Below are positions 8,931 to 17,817 of a DNA stretch of 32,000 bases, piece after piece. The position numbers and the translations under genes were made by a program. A model generated the notes under the pieces. It was not told where the DNA came from. It saw only the letters and a list, made by a program, of their open reading frames with translations, and did no database searches. The stretch spans positions 120,001 to 152,000 of the forward strand of contig NC_008340.1 of the NCBI RefSeq assembly GCF_000014785.1, given 5' to 3'. Numbering within the stretch: the first letter of the stretch is position 1; each line of letters starts with the position of its first letter. The stretch is from Alkalilimnicola ehrlichii MLHE-1 (lineage in GTDB: Bacteria; Pseudomonadota; Gammaproteobacteria; Nitrococcales; Halorhodospiraceae).

Positions 8931-9008
8931 CGCTCACCGCGTAAGGTCGGGGGAGTCTAGATGTCGGGTCCCGAGGGATGCCGCACCTGCCGCAGGAATA
9001 AATGAGGA

Positions 9009-9016
9009 TGGCTTTG
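9009..9016. repeat. target-site duplication of ISL3 (left copy)
   Basis: TGGCTTTG directly abuts the left IR. An identical octamer lies at 10432-10439. Confidence 0.85.
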
Positions 9017-10431
9017 GGCACCTTCTCGGATTGTGTGGGTTAGCCCTGATTACGGTCATGCCGCCGCCACCCTGGATGTTGTGGTGTAGGGGGAGCTTGG
9101 CAGTTGGGTGAGTTTGCCGCCGATCAGGTAGGTCATGGTGATCAGGTTGCGCACGGTGCGGTAGCCGCGGGTGCGAGCCTTGGCGGCCTGAATCCGTCCG
9201 TTGAGGGCCTCGACGCCGCCGTTGTTCAGCCGCGAGTCGAAGGCGTTGAGGATGCCATCCCAGTGGGCCTTGATCGTGAGCGCCAGGCGTTTGAACGGCG
9301 CGAGCCGGCAGCGCCGTGCCCAGCTATACCAGCGCTGGAGTTCTGCCTCGGCGATCTCGCGTGGCGGCGCCTGGGCGTAGAGCTCGCGCAGGGCATCCTT
9401 GAGCCGCCAGGCGCGGGCGGTCTTGAGTTGCGTGCGCGAGAGCGTGTGGAAGTCCTGGAGTTGGCGGGCGGTCCAGCGCCAGCCGTCTTTCAGCCACACC
9501 CAGCGGGTGTGTTTGAGGATCGGCCGCTCCCGGACCTCGGCGCGGCGTACCTGGTCAACGGCGGCGTTGGCGAGCTGGATGACGTGAAAGCCATCGAACG
9601 TGACCGCAGCCGCCGGCAGGTAGCGGCTCACCCCGGCGATGTAGGCTTTCGACATATCGATACAGGCGGCGGTAACGGCCTCGGGCTCACCGCCGTGGGC
9701 CCGCAGGTCCTCGGCAAAGCGCGCCACGGTATGCTGATCGCGCCCCGGGCAGGCGTAGAGCACGCGCCGGCGCTCAAGGTCGTGGAAGATGCTGATGTAG
9801 TGGTGACCACGCCGGGCGGCGGTCTCGTCGACCCCCACCGTCGTGACCTCGCTGAAGTCCTCCTGCGCCCGGGCGGCATCGACGTAGTGATGCAGGATGC
9901 GCCAGAGCGCGTCATCACCCACGCCGAGATGGCGGGCCACCACCTGGACCGGCATCTGCGCGCACAGTGTCACCACCATCGCCTCAAAGAGTTCGGTGAA
10001 GCCGCTGCCCGGGCGGGCCCAAGGCACCGCCACTTGCGTTGTCTTCCCGCAGCTACCGCAGCGCACCCGTGGCACTGGGGCATGGATATAGGCGCGGTGC
10101 TCGAAAAAGTGCAGGTGCTGCCAGCTACGCCGGCGGCTGTCGTGGACCGGCTGATCCGCCGCCCCGCAGGCCGGGCAGGCAAAGCGCGCCCCGCGGGCAA
10201 AGCCCACCTCCAGGTCGATCTGTTTGGCGTCCGGGTCAAAGTCCACCGAAACCACCTCCCAAGGCGGCGCCAGACCCAGGGCGGCGGAAAACAGACTGAA
10301 CTCAGACGCGTTTGGGGCCATGGTGTCGGTACTCCGGTGGCAGTGATCCTGAGTGCACAACATATCGGTTACCGCCGCCTACCGGCTACCCGCCGGCACC
10401 CCCTGGCACCCACACAGATCGCGAAGGGACC
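9017..10431 (-). mobile_element. ISL3-family insertion sequence, apparently intact (1415 bp)
   Basis: 24-bp IRs GGCACCTTCTCGGATTGTGTGGGT (9017-9040) and the reverse complement of 10408-10431, GGTCCCTTCGCGATCTGTGTGGGT (18/24 identical). Flanked by the 8-bp direct repeat TGGCTTTG. Single transposase ORF. Confidence 0.9.
9056..10321 (-). CDS. ISL3-family transposase
   Basis: ORF 9056-10363, ATG at 10321. N-terminal zinc-finger region FACPACGA...RVRCGSCGKT, then a DDE region (GVDETAARRGHHYISIF...). Typical ISL3 layout. Confidence 0.9.
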   Translation of the reverse strand: MAPNASEFSLFSAALGLAPPWEVVSVDFDPDAKQIDLEVGFARGARFACPACGAADQPVHDSRRRSWQHLHFFEHRAYIHAPVPRVRCGSCGKTTQVAVPWARPGSGFTELFEAMVVTLCAQMPVQVVARHLGVGDDALWRILHHYVDAARAQEDFSEVTTVGVDETAARRGHHYISIFHDLERRRVLYACPGRDQHTVARFAEDLRAHGGEPEAVTAACIDMSKAYIAGVSRYLPAAAVTFDGFHVIQLANAAVDQVRRAEVRERPILKHTRWVWLKDGWRWTARQLQDFHTLSRTQLKTARAWRLKDALRELYAQAPPREIAEAELQRWYSWARRCRLAPFKRLALTIKAHWDGILNAFDSRLNNGGVEALNGRIQAAKARTRGYRTVRNLITMTYLIGGKLTQLPSSPYTTTSRVAAA

Positions 10432-10439
10432 TGGCTTTG
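10432..10439. repeat. target-site duplication of ISL3 (right copy)
   Basis: TGGCTTTG directly abuts the right IR. Confidence 0.85.
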
Positions 10440-11645
10440 CTGCCAATCCTTGAGCGCCTGGATGGGCGTTCGCTGGCGCAACGCCTTCTGTGGAATGTAA
10501 TGATTATACAGGTGGTAGTAGCGTTTGAGCGTAGTTTCGAGGTCCGCGCGGGAGTCGAACTGGTGCGTGGCCAGGACTTCGCTGATCCGCCCGTTGAACC
10601 GCTCGACCATGCCGTTGGTCTGAGGGCGGCGCACCGGTGAGAGCCGATGCTCGATACCGGTCTCGGCACAGAACCGGTCGAAGGTATGCTCGCCACTGGG
10701 CTGACGGTGCTTGTGCTGGAGCCGGTCGGTGAACGCCTTGTCGTTATCGGTGAGCAGCTTGCGGATGCGAAACGGCGCCTTGGCGCGGACGCTTTTGAGA
10801 AAGGCCGTGGCAGTACGGGCAGACTTATGGGCCTTGAACTCGACGTAGACCCAGCGCGTGGCCCGATCAATGGCCACAAACAGATACCGGCGCCGATCCT
10901 CGTCCGGCATCTGTGGAAGGTACTTGATGTCGATATGAACCTAGCCCGGCTCGTAGGCCTTGAACGGCTTGGCTTTGACCTCTTCCGAGGGCTCGGTGGG
11001 GGTCAGATCGGCCAACCGCGAGACACCGTTACGGCGCAGGCACCGATCCAGTGCCGAGCGCGAGAGCCGCGGGTGGATGAACTCTCGGACGACCGCCAGC
11101 AGGTCATCCAGTGGCAGCCGCAGCGTCCGGCGCAGCTCCACGACGAACGCTTCCTGGGCCGGGGAGAGCGTAGCCAGCAGGTTCTTGCGCGTATGGGGAC
11201 GGTCGTAGACATCCTCGCGCTTGCGCCAGTGGCGTACCGTGCTCACCGAGATGCCCAGCTCCTCTCGCGCTAGCCAGTAATGATAACTCCTTGGCGCGAT
11301 GGGATTATCCGAGATCCTACACGTACCCATGGACCACGGGCCGTGGAGCGCCACCTTGCGCAAAGTCCCAAGCATGGCTCGTGATCCCAGTATCGATAGA
11401 GATGCGCATGGTCGCCGACCGATGCCTGTCATGGGGGCGATGGCTTGATGCCGATCTGCATTTTGACTACGTATGCTAGCATGCTCGAGGGTTGCGCTAA
11501 GCCATTGAAACATGTGGTGGCACCATGTTCCTTGCATCCCAGAGGCTGGCGGCAGAAATCTCACGCAGTCCAGTCCAACCCGCGCTATCCTTGAGATAGG
11601 CTTCCCTAGGCCCAAACTTTCTACCGATGCGATGGTCCACCTCAG

Positions 11646-13046
11646 ATGCGTGACATCCTCCTTGCACTTATATTCGCTGGCTTAGTGCCTGTAATCCTGC
11701 GTCATGCCTGGGTGGGGATACCCACGCTGTTCTGGGTGAGCTTATTTACGCCGCAGCTCCAGACCTGGACCTTTATGCACGGTTTTCCGGCGGCGATGCT
11801 GTTCACAGTAGTCACCCTGGCTGCCATCGCGTTTTCTAAGGATCGAAAACCGTTTCCTTGGACGAGGGAAACGGTCATGTTGCTGATTCTCGCAGCATAC
11901 TTCGCAATGACCAGCCACTTCGCCGTGAACTCCAGTGGCGCGTGGGATTTCTGGGTGCACTTTATGAAGATCCTGTTGGTGACCTTCCTCACGCCGATAC
12001 TGATCCACGGTGAGCGACGTATCCTGATCACGCTCTTGGTGATCACCGGGGCGCTGGCGTTCTTTGGCCTGAAGGGAGGGATCTTCGCGGTTAACACCGG
12101 AGGGGCCCACATGGTCCTTGGCCCATCGGGCTCCTACCTCTCCGGGAATACCTATATCGGGCTGGCGATGCTCATGGTATTGCCGCTTATTCTAACCAGC
12201 GCGCGACTGTTCCATCGACAATGGGTGGATTTTAGCATTCCACTTATCAATCGGTTTGCTGTCCCCATCGGTTGGGCCGGGTACGCTGTGTTTTGGTTCA
12301 CCTGTGCAGCCATACTGGCGACCCACTCCCGGGGGGCCTTCGTCGGAATGGTGGTGATCACGCCATTTTTATTCTTGCACATGAGAAAAAAGTGGCTTTT
12401 GGTGCTGGTAGCCTTTATCGGAGTTGGCGTGATTGGAGTGACGGCGCCGGAGCCGTTGGTCGAGCGCTGGCAAACGATAAAGACGTACGAAGAAGACCAA
12501 TCGGCTATGCAGCGAATCCAGAGTTGGGGTGTGGCGTGGAATATGGCCATGGAGCGACCCCTGACGGGTATGGGGTTCAGAAATACCGCTTTGGGTTACG
12601 ATTGGTGGATTACCTATGCGGAGTTTGAAGGCGGCTGGCGGCATGTTCTGTCACCGCACAGCATTTATTTCGGGTTGCTGGGACAGCACGGATTTGGCGG
12701 GCTGGCCGTGTATCTTTTTCTCGGAGCGTTTACATTTTTGACGTTGAATCGGGTGCGGCGGACCGCGAAGCGAAGAACTGGGAAGATCTGGTTGTCGGAG
12801 TATGCATGGGCCTTGCAGGTTGGCTTGGCCGGATATTTCATTGCAGGGATATTTTTGGACGTGGCCTACTTTAACCTCTATTATGCGTTCATAGCCATGT
12901 CAGTGATTATGCGGCGTGAGCTCGAGGAGGCGCCCAAACCGGCGGAAGCGACCGTGCCGACGCCAGCTCAGCCCTTGCCCCAGGATACTCGACCAAGCCT
13001 CTCCAATCCTTCCCTGGGGGCCAGATCGGGGGTGGAGCGCAGGTGA
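11646..13046 (+). CDS. Wzy / O-antigen-ligase-like polytopic membrane protein (exosortase-A-associated putative O-glycosylation ligase type)
   Basis: 466 aa with many hydrophobic helices. N-terminus MRDILLALIFAGLVPVILRHAWVGI and the central ATHSRGAFVG loop region resemble the Wzy_C/O-antigen ligase family. Pro-rich C-terminal tail. Confidence 0.8.
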   Translation: MRDILLALIFAGLVPVILRHAWVGIPTLFWVSLFTPQLQTWTFMHGFPAAMLFTVVTLAAIAFSKDRKPFPWTRETVMLLILAAYFAMTSHFAVNSSGAWDFWVHFMKILLVTFLTPILIHGERRILITLLVITGALAFFGLKGGIFAVNTGGAHMVLGPSGSYLSGNTYIGLAMLMVLPLILTSARLFHRQWVDFSIPLINRFAVPIGWAGYAVFWFTCAAILATHSRGAFVGMVVITPFLFLHMRKKWLLVLVAFIGVGVIGVTAPEPLVERWQTIKTYEEDQSAMQRIQSWGVAWNMAMERPLTGMGFRNTALGYDWWITYAEFEGGWRHVLSPHSIYFGLLGQHGFGGLAVYLFLGAFTFLTLNRVRRTAKRRTGKIWLSEYAWALQVGLAGYFIAGIFLDVAYFNLYYAFIAMSVIMRRELEEAPKPAEATVPTPAQPLPQDTRPSLSNPSLGARSGVERR

Positions 13047-14959
13047 ATCCGATGGGTGATGCGCCGGTACTGGCCGCAAGCACCGACCGGGCGGGGCATT
13101 CTGCGTCGCTCGAAGGCCGTTTGCAGCGTCGGCTGGATACCCTGGTGGGGGCGGCGCGTCGCTGCGGCGATCCCCCGGGTCGGCTTTGGGACCCCGTGTT
13201 GCGTGCTGAAACGCCGGCCGAGCACTACGGTCACAACAGTGCTGCGTTGGCCCTGCTGATGCGTGACGGGCCGGAGGGCGCGCAATGGCGTCCCATGGTG
13301 CGTACCTGGATGGCGCTTGAGCGCCGCCAGGTGGGCCACGAGCCGTTCAACCGCTTCCTGCTGTTACTGATGCGGGAGCACTTGTTGGCGACCGGCGCCC
13401 CGGCGGGGGACGGGCTGCCTTGGGAGGAGGCGCTGAACCGCTGCCCGGTAGCCCGCCGCTATCCTTCCAATAACTGGACGTTGCTCGGTGCGCTTTGTCA
13501 CCTGATCGAAGCGCCCGATCACCGCCGAGGCAGGGCGCTGGCCCGCCTTTTGAGCCTGCTCGAGCGTTGGACAACGCCTGCCGGCGGGTTCATCGACTTC
13601 CCCTACCGTCCGGCCCTGCCCCGGTCCGGTGCCACGCCGGTCGCCTATCACCACAAGGCGCTCTTCGTGGCTACCGTGGCCGGCTGCTACGTAACCTCCC
13701 CCGCCCTGGACCGGCATGTGCAACGGATGCTGGGCTGGGTCCGGTTGACTTGGGACGGTGACGGCCATGTTGGGGGCTTCGGGCGCAGTACCCATTCATT
13801 GTTCGGCGACGCCTGCCTGATGGCCAGCCTAGTATTGCTGGGTGTCCTGTCCAGGGAGAACCAGGACGGGGCGTTCGGTGCCATGGCCTCCGGTATCCTG
13901 GAGCGCTGGGCCGGCCAGCAACGCCCCGATGGGCTGTTGATGCTGAACCCGGCGGGACCGACGGCCGGTGGAGCCCCCGCTGGCTGGGACGATTACATGT
14001 ACCTGTCCGTCTACAACGCCTGGACCGCGGCCGTGTTGTCGTGGGCGCTGCACCGTGCCTGGACCGATGCCCGCCCGGACCAGGGGGCGCTTCGCCAGGC
14101 AGCGACGTTTGAGGTGGGCGGCAGGGTTGAAGCCGACGAGGCGGCGGGGCTGATGCGGTGCGCGCCAGAGGACGGTACGGTTGCCCTCATGTCCACCTCT
14201 GGGCAACCGCCTCAAGCGTTCGGGCGGGATTGGGCCGAGCTGCGTTATGCCGGTGCACTGCCGTACCACATGATTCGGGGCGGGACTGTCCTCTGTCCGC
14301 CCCCGGTGCGGGTGCATGCCGATGCGCTGCGGCGGGAACCGTCGCTGGCGGGCTGGACGCCGGTATTCCTTATCGGGGATGAACTCTTTGGGTTGGTGGA
14401 TTTTCAGGACGTCGCCCTGTCCCAAGACGGTGACGACATCACTATTCGCCTCAGCGGACAACCCGTCAGCCTCCTGCGGCCCGAGCCCCGCTCCCTGGGT
14501 CAACGATTGTTCGCCGCAGCCGATTGGCGCCTGGGTGGCCGGATGGGTCGAAATCGGGCGCTGCGGCGGCCGCGCGCCACTGGCGTGAGTGGCTCGGTGT
14601 GCTTCACGTTCCATCGGTCTCGCTGCGCCGTTTCCCAGGAACTCGTCATCCGGCACCGCTGTGATGCGGAAGTGCACTATCTCAATCCGGGCGGCCACGC
14701 GCTGATGACGGATGCCCTGCCTCTCAAGCGGGCGCTGGTCCAGAGTCCGTCGGAGAGTGACCCATCGGCGTCCGAAGTATCGCTCGATGTCTCCACCCTG
14801 CTGTCCGCGCGACCGGATGCGTCTATCCCCCATGCCATGGGTTTCAGTGCGCCGCCGACCCTGCTTCGGAAAGGGGGCTACAGACACCGGCTGTACCTGG
14901 ATTGGGGGGATCATGGACTACCCTGCAAGGGTGCCGCCGGCTTGGATAAGGGAGAGTGA
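13043..14959 (+). CDS. hypothetical 638-aa cytoplasmic protein (possibly alpha/alpha-toroid, heparinase II/III-like; unassigned)
   Basis: The GTG start overlaps the upstream stop (GTGA). Alternative ATG 13052 follows AGGTG. Coding-like composition versus the R/P/G-rich antisense ORF 13829-14914. No signal peptide or TM segment seen. Confidence 0.7.
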   Translation: MNPMGDAPVLAASTDRAGHSASLEGRLQRRLDTLVGAARRCGDPPGRLWDPVLRAETPAEHYGHNSAALALLMRDGPEGAQWRPMVRTWMALERRQVGHEPFNRFLLLLMREHLLATGAPAGDGLPWEEALNRCPVARRYPSNNWTLLGALCHLIEAPDHRRGRALARLLSLLERWTTPAGGFIDFPYRPALPRSGATPVAYHHKALFVATVAGCYVTSPALDRHVQRMLGWVRLTWDGDGHVGGFGRSTHSLFGDACLMASLVLLGVLSRENQDGAFGAMASGILERWAGQQRPDGLLMLNPAGPTAGGAPAGWDDYMYLSVYNAWTAAVLSWALHRAWTDARPDQGALRQAATFEVGGRVEADEAAGLMRCAPEDGTVALMSTSGQPPQAFGRDWAELRYAGALPYHMIRGGTVLCPPPVRVHADALRREPSLAGWTPVFLIGDELFGLVDFQDVALSQDGDDITIRLSGQPVSLLRPEPRSLGQRLFAAADWRLGGRMGRNRALRRPRATGVSGSVCFTFHRSRCAVSQELVIRHRCDAEVHYLNPGGHALMTDALPLKRALVQSPSESDPSASEVSLDVSTLLSARPDASIPHAMGFSAPPTLLRKGGYRHRLYLDWGDHGLPCKGAAGLDKGE

Positions 14960-15907
14960 ATGGCACAAGTACGGGATCATGACAGGGCCTCCGTGGCTGA
15001 GGGGGACGAACGCACTTACGGTGGTGAGCTGCGCCGTCGCTACGCCACCGGCAAGGGCAGTTGGGAGTGGATCAACGCCGAGGAACTGGCGTTGGCCCGC
15101 AATCAGGCGCGCGGTCCGTGGGCGGAGGCGCTGAGCGGGGTGGACTACCCCTGGCTGTGCTGGAATGTGGATGACCAATGGTGCCTAGTGCAGCAGCGCA
15201 TGGTCCGTTCCGTGGGCTGGACGCCCGTGGTGGGGTTCGATCCGCGGGTGGGGCCGCCGCCATTGGTGGAAGGTGCGATATTGATCGACTTCAATGAAGG
15301 GCTGGATCTGCCCACCATGTCCATGATGTTCCCGCTGGAATTCATCTTTCTCTTTGCCCCGCGGCTGGCCTTCTGGCATTCCGACCTGTTGGTGCGGGAA
15401 CCGGTGTTTCGGCAGCTTGCTGACGACTTCCGTGGCCTTGCCGATGGTGAAACGGCCGCGACCGATATCCGGCGTGGGTGGTGGCGACGCCTGATCGGGC
15501 ACCGCGGGCGATATTGGGAACTCATAGGCTGCAATACCCGGGGGGCGAGCCGTGCCCAGTACGAATCGGGATGCGGCTGGTGGCGCCGGCCGACACGTCA
15601 CCCCAACTGCCCGGACGAGGCCGAGCGCGCCGCGCGAAGGCGGTACATGCACGACCATGGGGTGGGCATCCTTATCTGGGAGGAGCGTGCCGGTGGCACG
15701 GTCCATCCCATTCCCTTGCGGTGGGTCGAGGAGGGCCACTGCAGCCGGGTGGGTAACAAGCGCTATCAATCCCGCTCGCCCCGGGATCACCGGAGGGATT
15801 TGAGCAAGGATCTATCCTTTAACTATGACCTGAACGAGGTGGCCTCTCAGTTGGGTTTGTCCCGTTTCCTCACCGGCCCGGGTGTCAACGAGCGGACCGA
15901 GACGTAA
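14960..15907 (+). CDS. hypothetical 315-aa protein, no recognisable family
   Basis: The ATG immediately follows the upstream TGA (0-nt spacer) and is preceded by AAGGGAGAG. Trp/Cys/His/Arg-rich (DYPWLCWNVDDQWC, GCGWWRRPTRHPNCPDE, EEGHCSRVG). Confidence 0.7.
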   Translation: MAQVRDHDRASVAEGDERTYGGELRRRYATGKGSWEWINAEELALARNQARGPWAEALSGVDYPWLCWNVDDQWCLVQQRMVRSVGWTPVVGFDPRVGPPPLVEGAILIDFNEGLDLPTMSMMFPLEFIFLFAPRLAFWHSDLLVREPVFRQLADDFRGLADGETAATDIRRGWWRRLIGHRGRYWELIGCNTRGASRAQYESGCGWWRRPTRHPNCPDEAERAARRRYMHDHGVGILIWEERAGGTVHPIPLRWVEEGHCSRVGNKRYQSRSPRDHRRDLSKDLSFNYDLNEVASQLGLSRFLTGPGVNERTET

Positions 15908-17793
15908 TGGTAGATAATATTCGCGCGATAGTGCGACTGGTTGATCGCCGCGATACCTTTAAGGTGATCGCCCTGTTGATCCTCATGACGGGGACGGCTT
16001 TTCTCAACATGTTTGGGGTGGCCAGCGTCATGCCCTTCCTGTCGGTCCTCGCGGATCCGCAGATGGTCCACGACAACGCCTGGCTATCCGCGGCGTTCGC
16101 CTGGCTGGGCTTTCAGAGCACGGAGGCCTTTCTCTTTTTCCTTGGTGCCAGCGCCTTCACGGTCTTCCTGCTGGGCACAATGACCCAGGCCTTGTCCCAG
16201 TGGGCGATGATCCGCTTTTCCCACGGGCAGCAGTACTGGCTGTCCAAGCGGTTGATGACGGACTACCTGCGGCGCCCCTACAGCTTTTACCTCAACCGAA
16301 ACTCCTCCGACCTGGCGAAGAGTGTCCTCGAGGAGACCCAACAGGCGGTGAACGGGGCTCTGCTGCCAGCGCTTCGCCTGGTGATCCACGGCACCACGGC
16401 TGTGGCCATTATCGTGCTGCTGCTCCTTATCCGACCCTGGCTGGCCCTGGTGACCGCGTCGGTCCTGGGGGTGGTGTATGGCGCCATCTACCTGCTGGCC
16501 CGCCGTTGGCTGGAACGCATTGGCAAGATCCGGCTGCAGGCGAACCGGGCGCGTTTCGCCGCTGCGGGGGAGGCCTTTGCGGGCGCCAAGGAGATTCGCC
16601 TGTTGGGTCGGGAGCGGGCCTACCTGGACCGCTATCAGCGCCCGGCCAGGCAGTTCGCCCACCAACAGGCCAATGTCGCCGTTCTGTCCAACCTGCCCCA
16701 GTATGCGATTGAAGCCGTGGCCTTCGGCGGGGTCATGATTCTGGTCCTCTACCTGATGTCCGGGCCGGGTGGGCTGGCGACGGCCCTGCCGATTATCGGG
16801 GTGTACGCCTTGGCGGCCAAGAAGCTGATCCCCGCCTTCCAGCAGATCTTCGCCTCCATAGCACGCCTGCGCTTCACCATGCCGGCGGTGCACAACCTGC
16901 TGGCCGACCTGGGGGATGGCCAAGGGGTTGTCCCGCTGCCCCTACGCAGCCAAATGGACCGGCCCTTGGTCTGCAATGCCAATATCCGGTTTGAGGGCGT
17001 CACGTTCACCTACCCCGGCGCGCCCCGACCCGCGTTGACGGACCTGAACCTGACGGTGCCGGCGTTCTCCAGCATTGGCCTTGTGGGGTCGTCCGGTGCG
17101 GGGAAAAGCACGCTGGTTGATTTGCTTCTGGGCTTGTTGGAGCCCGCCGCGGGCGCGATCTACGTTGATGGCCAGCGCCTCACTGAAGACAACCTCCGCC
17201 GGTGGCAGGCGACCCTGGGCTATGTGCCGCAGCATATCTTCCTCGCCGACGATTCCGTGGCCGCGAATATCGCCCTCGGCGTGCCGGAAAAGTCGATCGA
17301 CATGGCTGCGGTGGAGCGCGCGGCGAAGATGGCAAACCTCCACGACTTCGTCCTAAGCGAACTACCGCAGGGCTACCAGACCGAGATCGGCGACCGCGGC
17401 CTGCGACTTTCCGGCGGGCAACGCCAGCGGATCGGCATTGCGCGGGCGCTTTACAGGGATCCGTCGGTACTGGTCTTTGATGAGGCAACCAGTGCGCTGG
17501 ACAACGCCACGGAACGGGCTGTGATGGAGGCAGTGCACAACCTCTCGAAGGCGAAGACGGTCATCCTGGTTGCCCATCGGTTGTCCACGGTCGAGCCCTG
17601 TGACCAGATCGCGGTCCTGCATGACGGTCGCCTGGTGGATCAGGGTGCCTGGGATGTGCTTATGCAGGAAAGTGATCACTTCCGGCGCCTGGCGGAGGGA
17701 TTAAAGACGACGGGAGCGTCCGACGATCAACGGAGCGTTAAGCAGGCAATGGCGCAACCGTCCGGACTCCGCTCGGCAGAGCGCGCCAAATAA
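15907..17793 (+). CDS. fused TMD-NBD ABC exporter (MsbA-like half transporter)
   Basis: The start overlaps the upstream stop (TAATG). N-terminal six-helix-type membrane domain. Walker A GSSGAGKST, signature LSGGQRQRIGIARAL, Walker B VLVFDEATSALD. Confidence 0.9.
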   Translation: MVDNIRAIVRLVDRRDTFKVIALLILMTGTAFLNMFGVASVMPFLSVLADPQMVHDNAWLSAAFAWLGFQSTEAFLFFLGASAFTVFLLGTMTQALSQWAMIRFSHGQQYWLSKRLMTDYLRRPYSFYLNRNSSDLAKSVLEETQQAVNGALLPALRLVIHGTTAVAIIVLLLLIRPWLALVTASVLGVVYGAIYLLARRWLERIGKIRLQANRARFAAAGEAFAGAKEIRLLGRERAYLDRYQRPARQFAHQQANVAVLSNLPQYAIEAVAFGGVMILVLYLMSGPGGLATALPIIGVYALAAKKLIPAFQQIFASIARLRFTMPAVHNLLADLGDGQGVVPLPLRSQMDRPLVCNANIRFEGVTFTYPGAPRPALTDLNLTVPAFSSIGLVGSSGAGKSTLVDLLLGLLEPAAGAIYVDGQRLTEDNLRRWQATLGYVPQHIFLADDSVAANIALGVPEKSIDMAAVERAAKMANLHDFVLSELPQGYQTEIGDRGLRLSGGQRQRIGIARALYRDPSVLVFDEATSALDNATERAVMEAVHNLSKAKTVILVAHRLSTVEPCDQIAVLHDGRLVDQGAWDVLMQESDHFRRLAEGLKTTGASDDQRSVKQAMAQPSGLRSAERAK

Positions 17794-17817
17794 GCGCATG
17801 ACGACCATGGCTATCTC

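Larger units (their letters stand above)
8957..11330 (-). pseudogene. IS481-family transposase, disrupted by an in-frame TAG (10941-10943) and by the ISL3 insertion
   Basis: ORFs 10941-11615 and 10386-10910 share one frame and read ...KAYEPG*VHIDIKYLPQMPDEDRRRYLFVAIDRATRW (rve core). Deleting 9017-10439 continues the frame as ...DWQQSHPHLFLRQVRHPSGPDI* ending at 8957. Confidence 0.85.
8905..11385 (-). mobile_element. IS481-family element, inactivated (contains nested ISL3); ends only approximate
   Basis: The transposase reading frame spans 8957-11330 once the ISL3 is removed. About 1.06 kb without the ISL3, a typical IS481 size. Weak gapped IR candidates lie near 8905-8947 and 11353-11385. 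Boundaries are not resolved. Confidence 0.55.

Noticed and set aside
8830-9021. 63-aa Cys-rich ORF (CGRCG...C...C...C) that looks like a small zinc-ribbon or RiPP-like peptide
   Set aside because: It runs across the ISL3 left IR, the target duplication and the 3' tail of the IS481 transposase in a different frame. It is best explained as a chance ORF created by the insertion.
9104-10453. 449-aa plus-strand ORF, together with other long antisense ORFs (1075-1860, 2302-3066, 13829-14914, 16084-16923, 22411-23040, 23053-23676, 26919-27893, 28204-29064, 29436-30176, 30661-31164)
   Set aside because: Each lies antisense to a gene with clear family motifs. Their Arg/Pro/Gly-rich, low-complexity composition is typical of stop-poor antisense frames in GC-rich DNA.
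11518-11536. TGGCAC...TTGCA sigma-54-like motif about 110 nt upstream of the ligase-like gene
   Set aside because: GG and GC are separated by 13 nt instead of the strictly required 10, so it is not a credible -24/-12 promoter.
8956-11610. NCTAGN target duplication as in Bordetella IS481 (TCTAGA at 8956-8961, CCTAGG at 11605-11610)
   Set aside because: The sequences just inside these sites do not form terminal inverted repeats, and the implied element would be unusually long. Probably coincidental.
10386-11615. Two separate transposase-like genes (ORFs 10386-10910 and 10941-11615)
   Set aside because: They share one frame and are separated only by a TAG at a conserved position. They are halves of one IS481-family pseudogene, not two genes. 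The part of ORF 10941-11615 upstream of ATG 11330 is probably non-coding.
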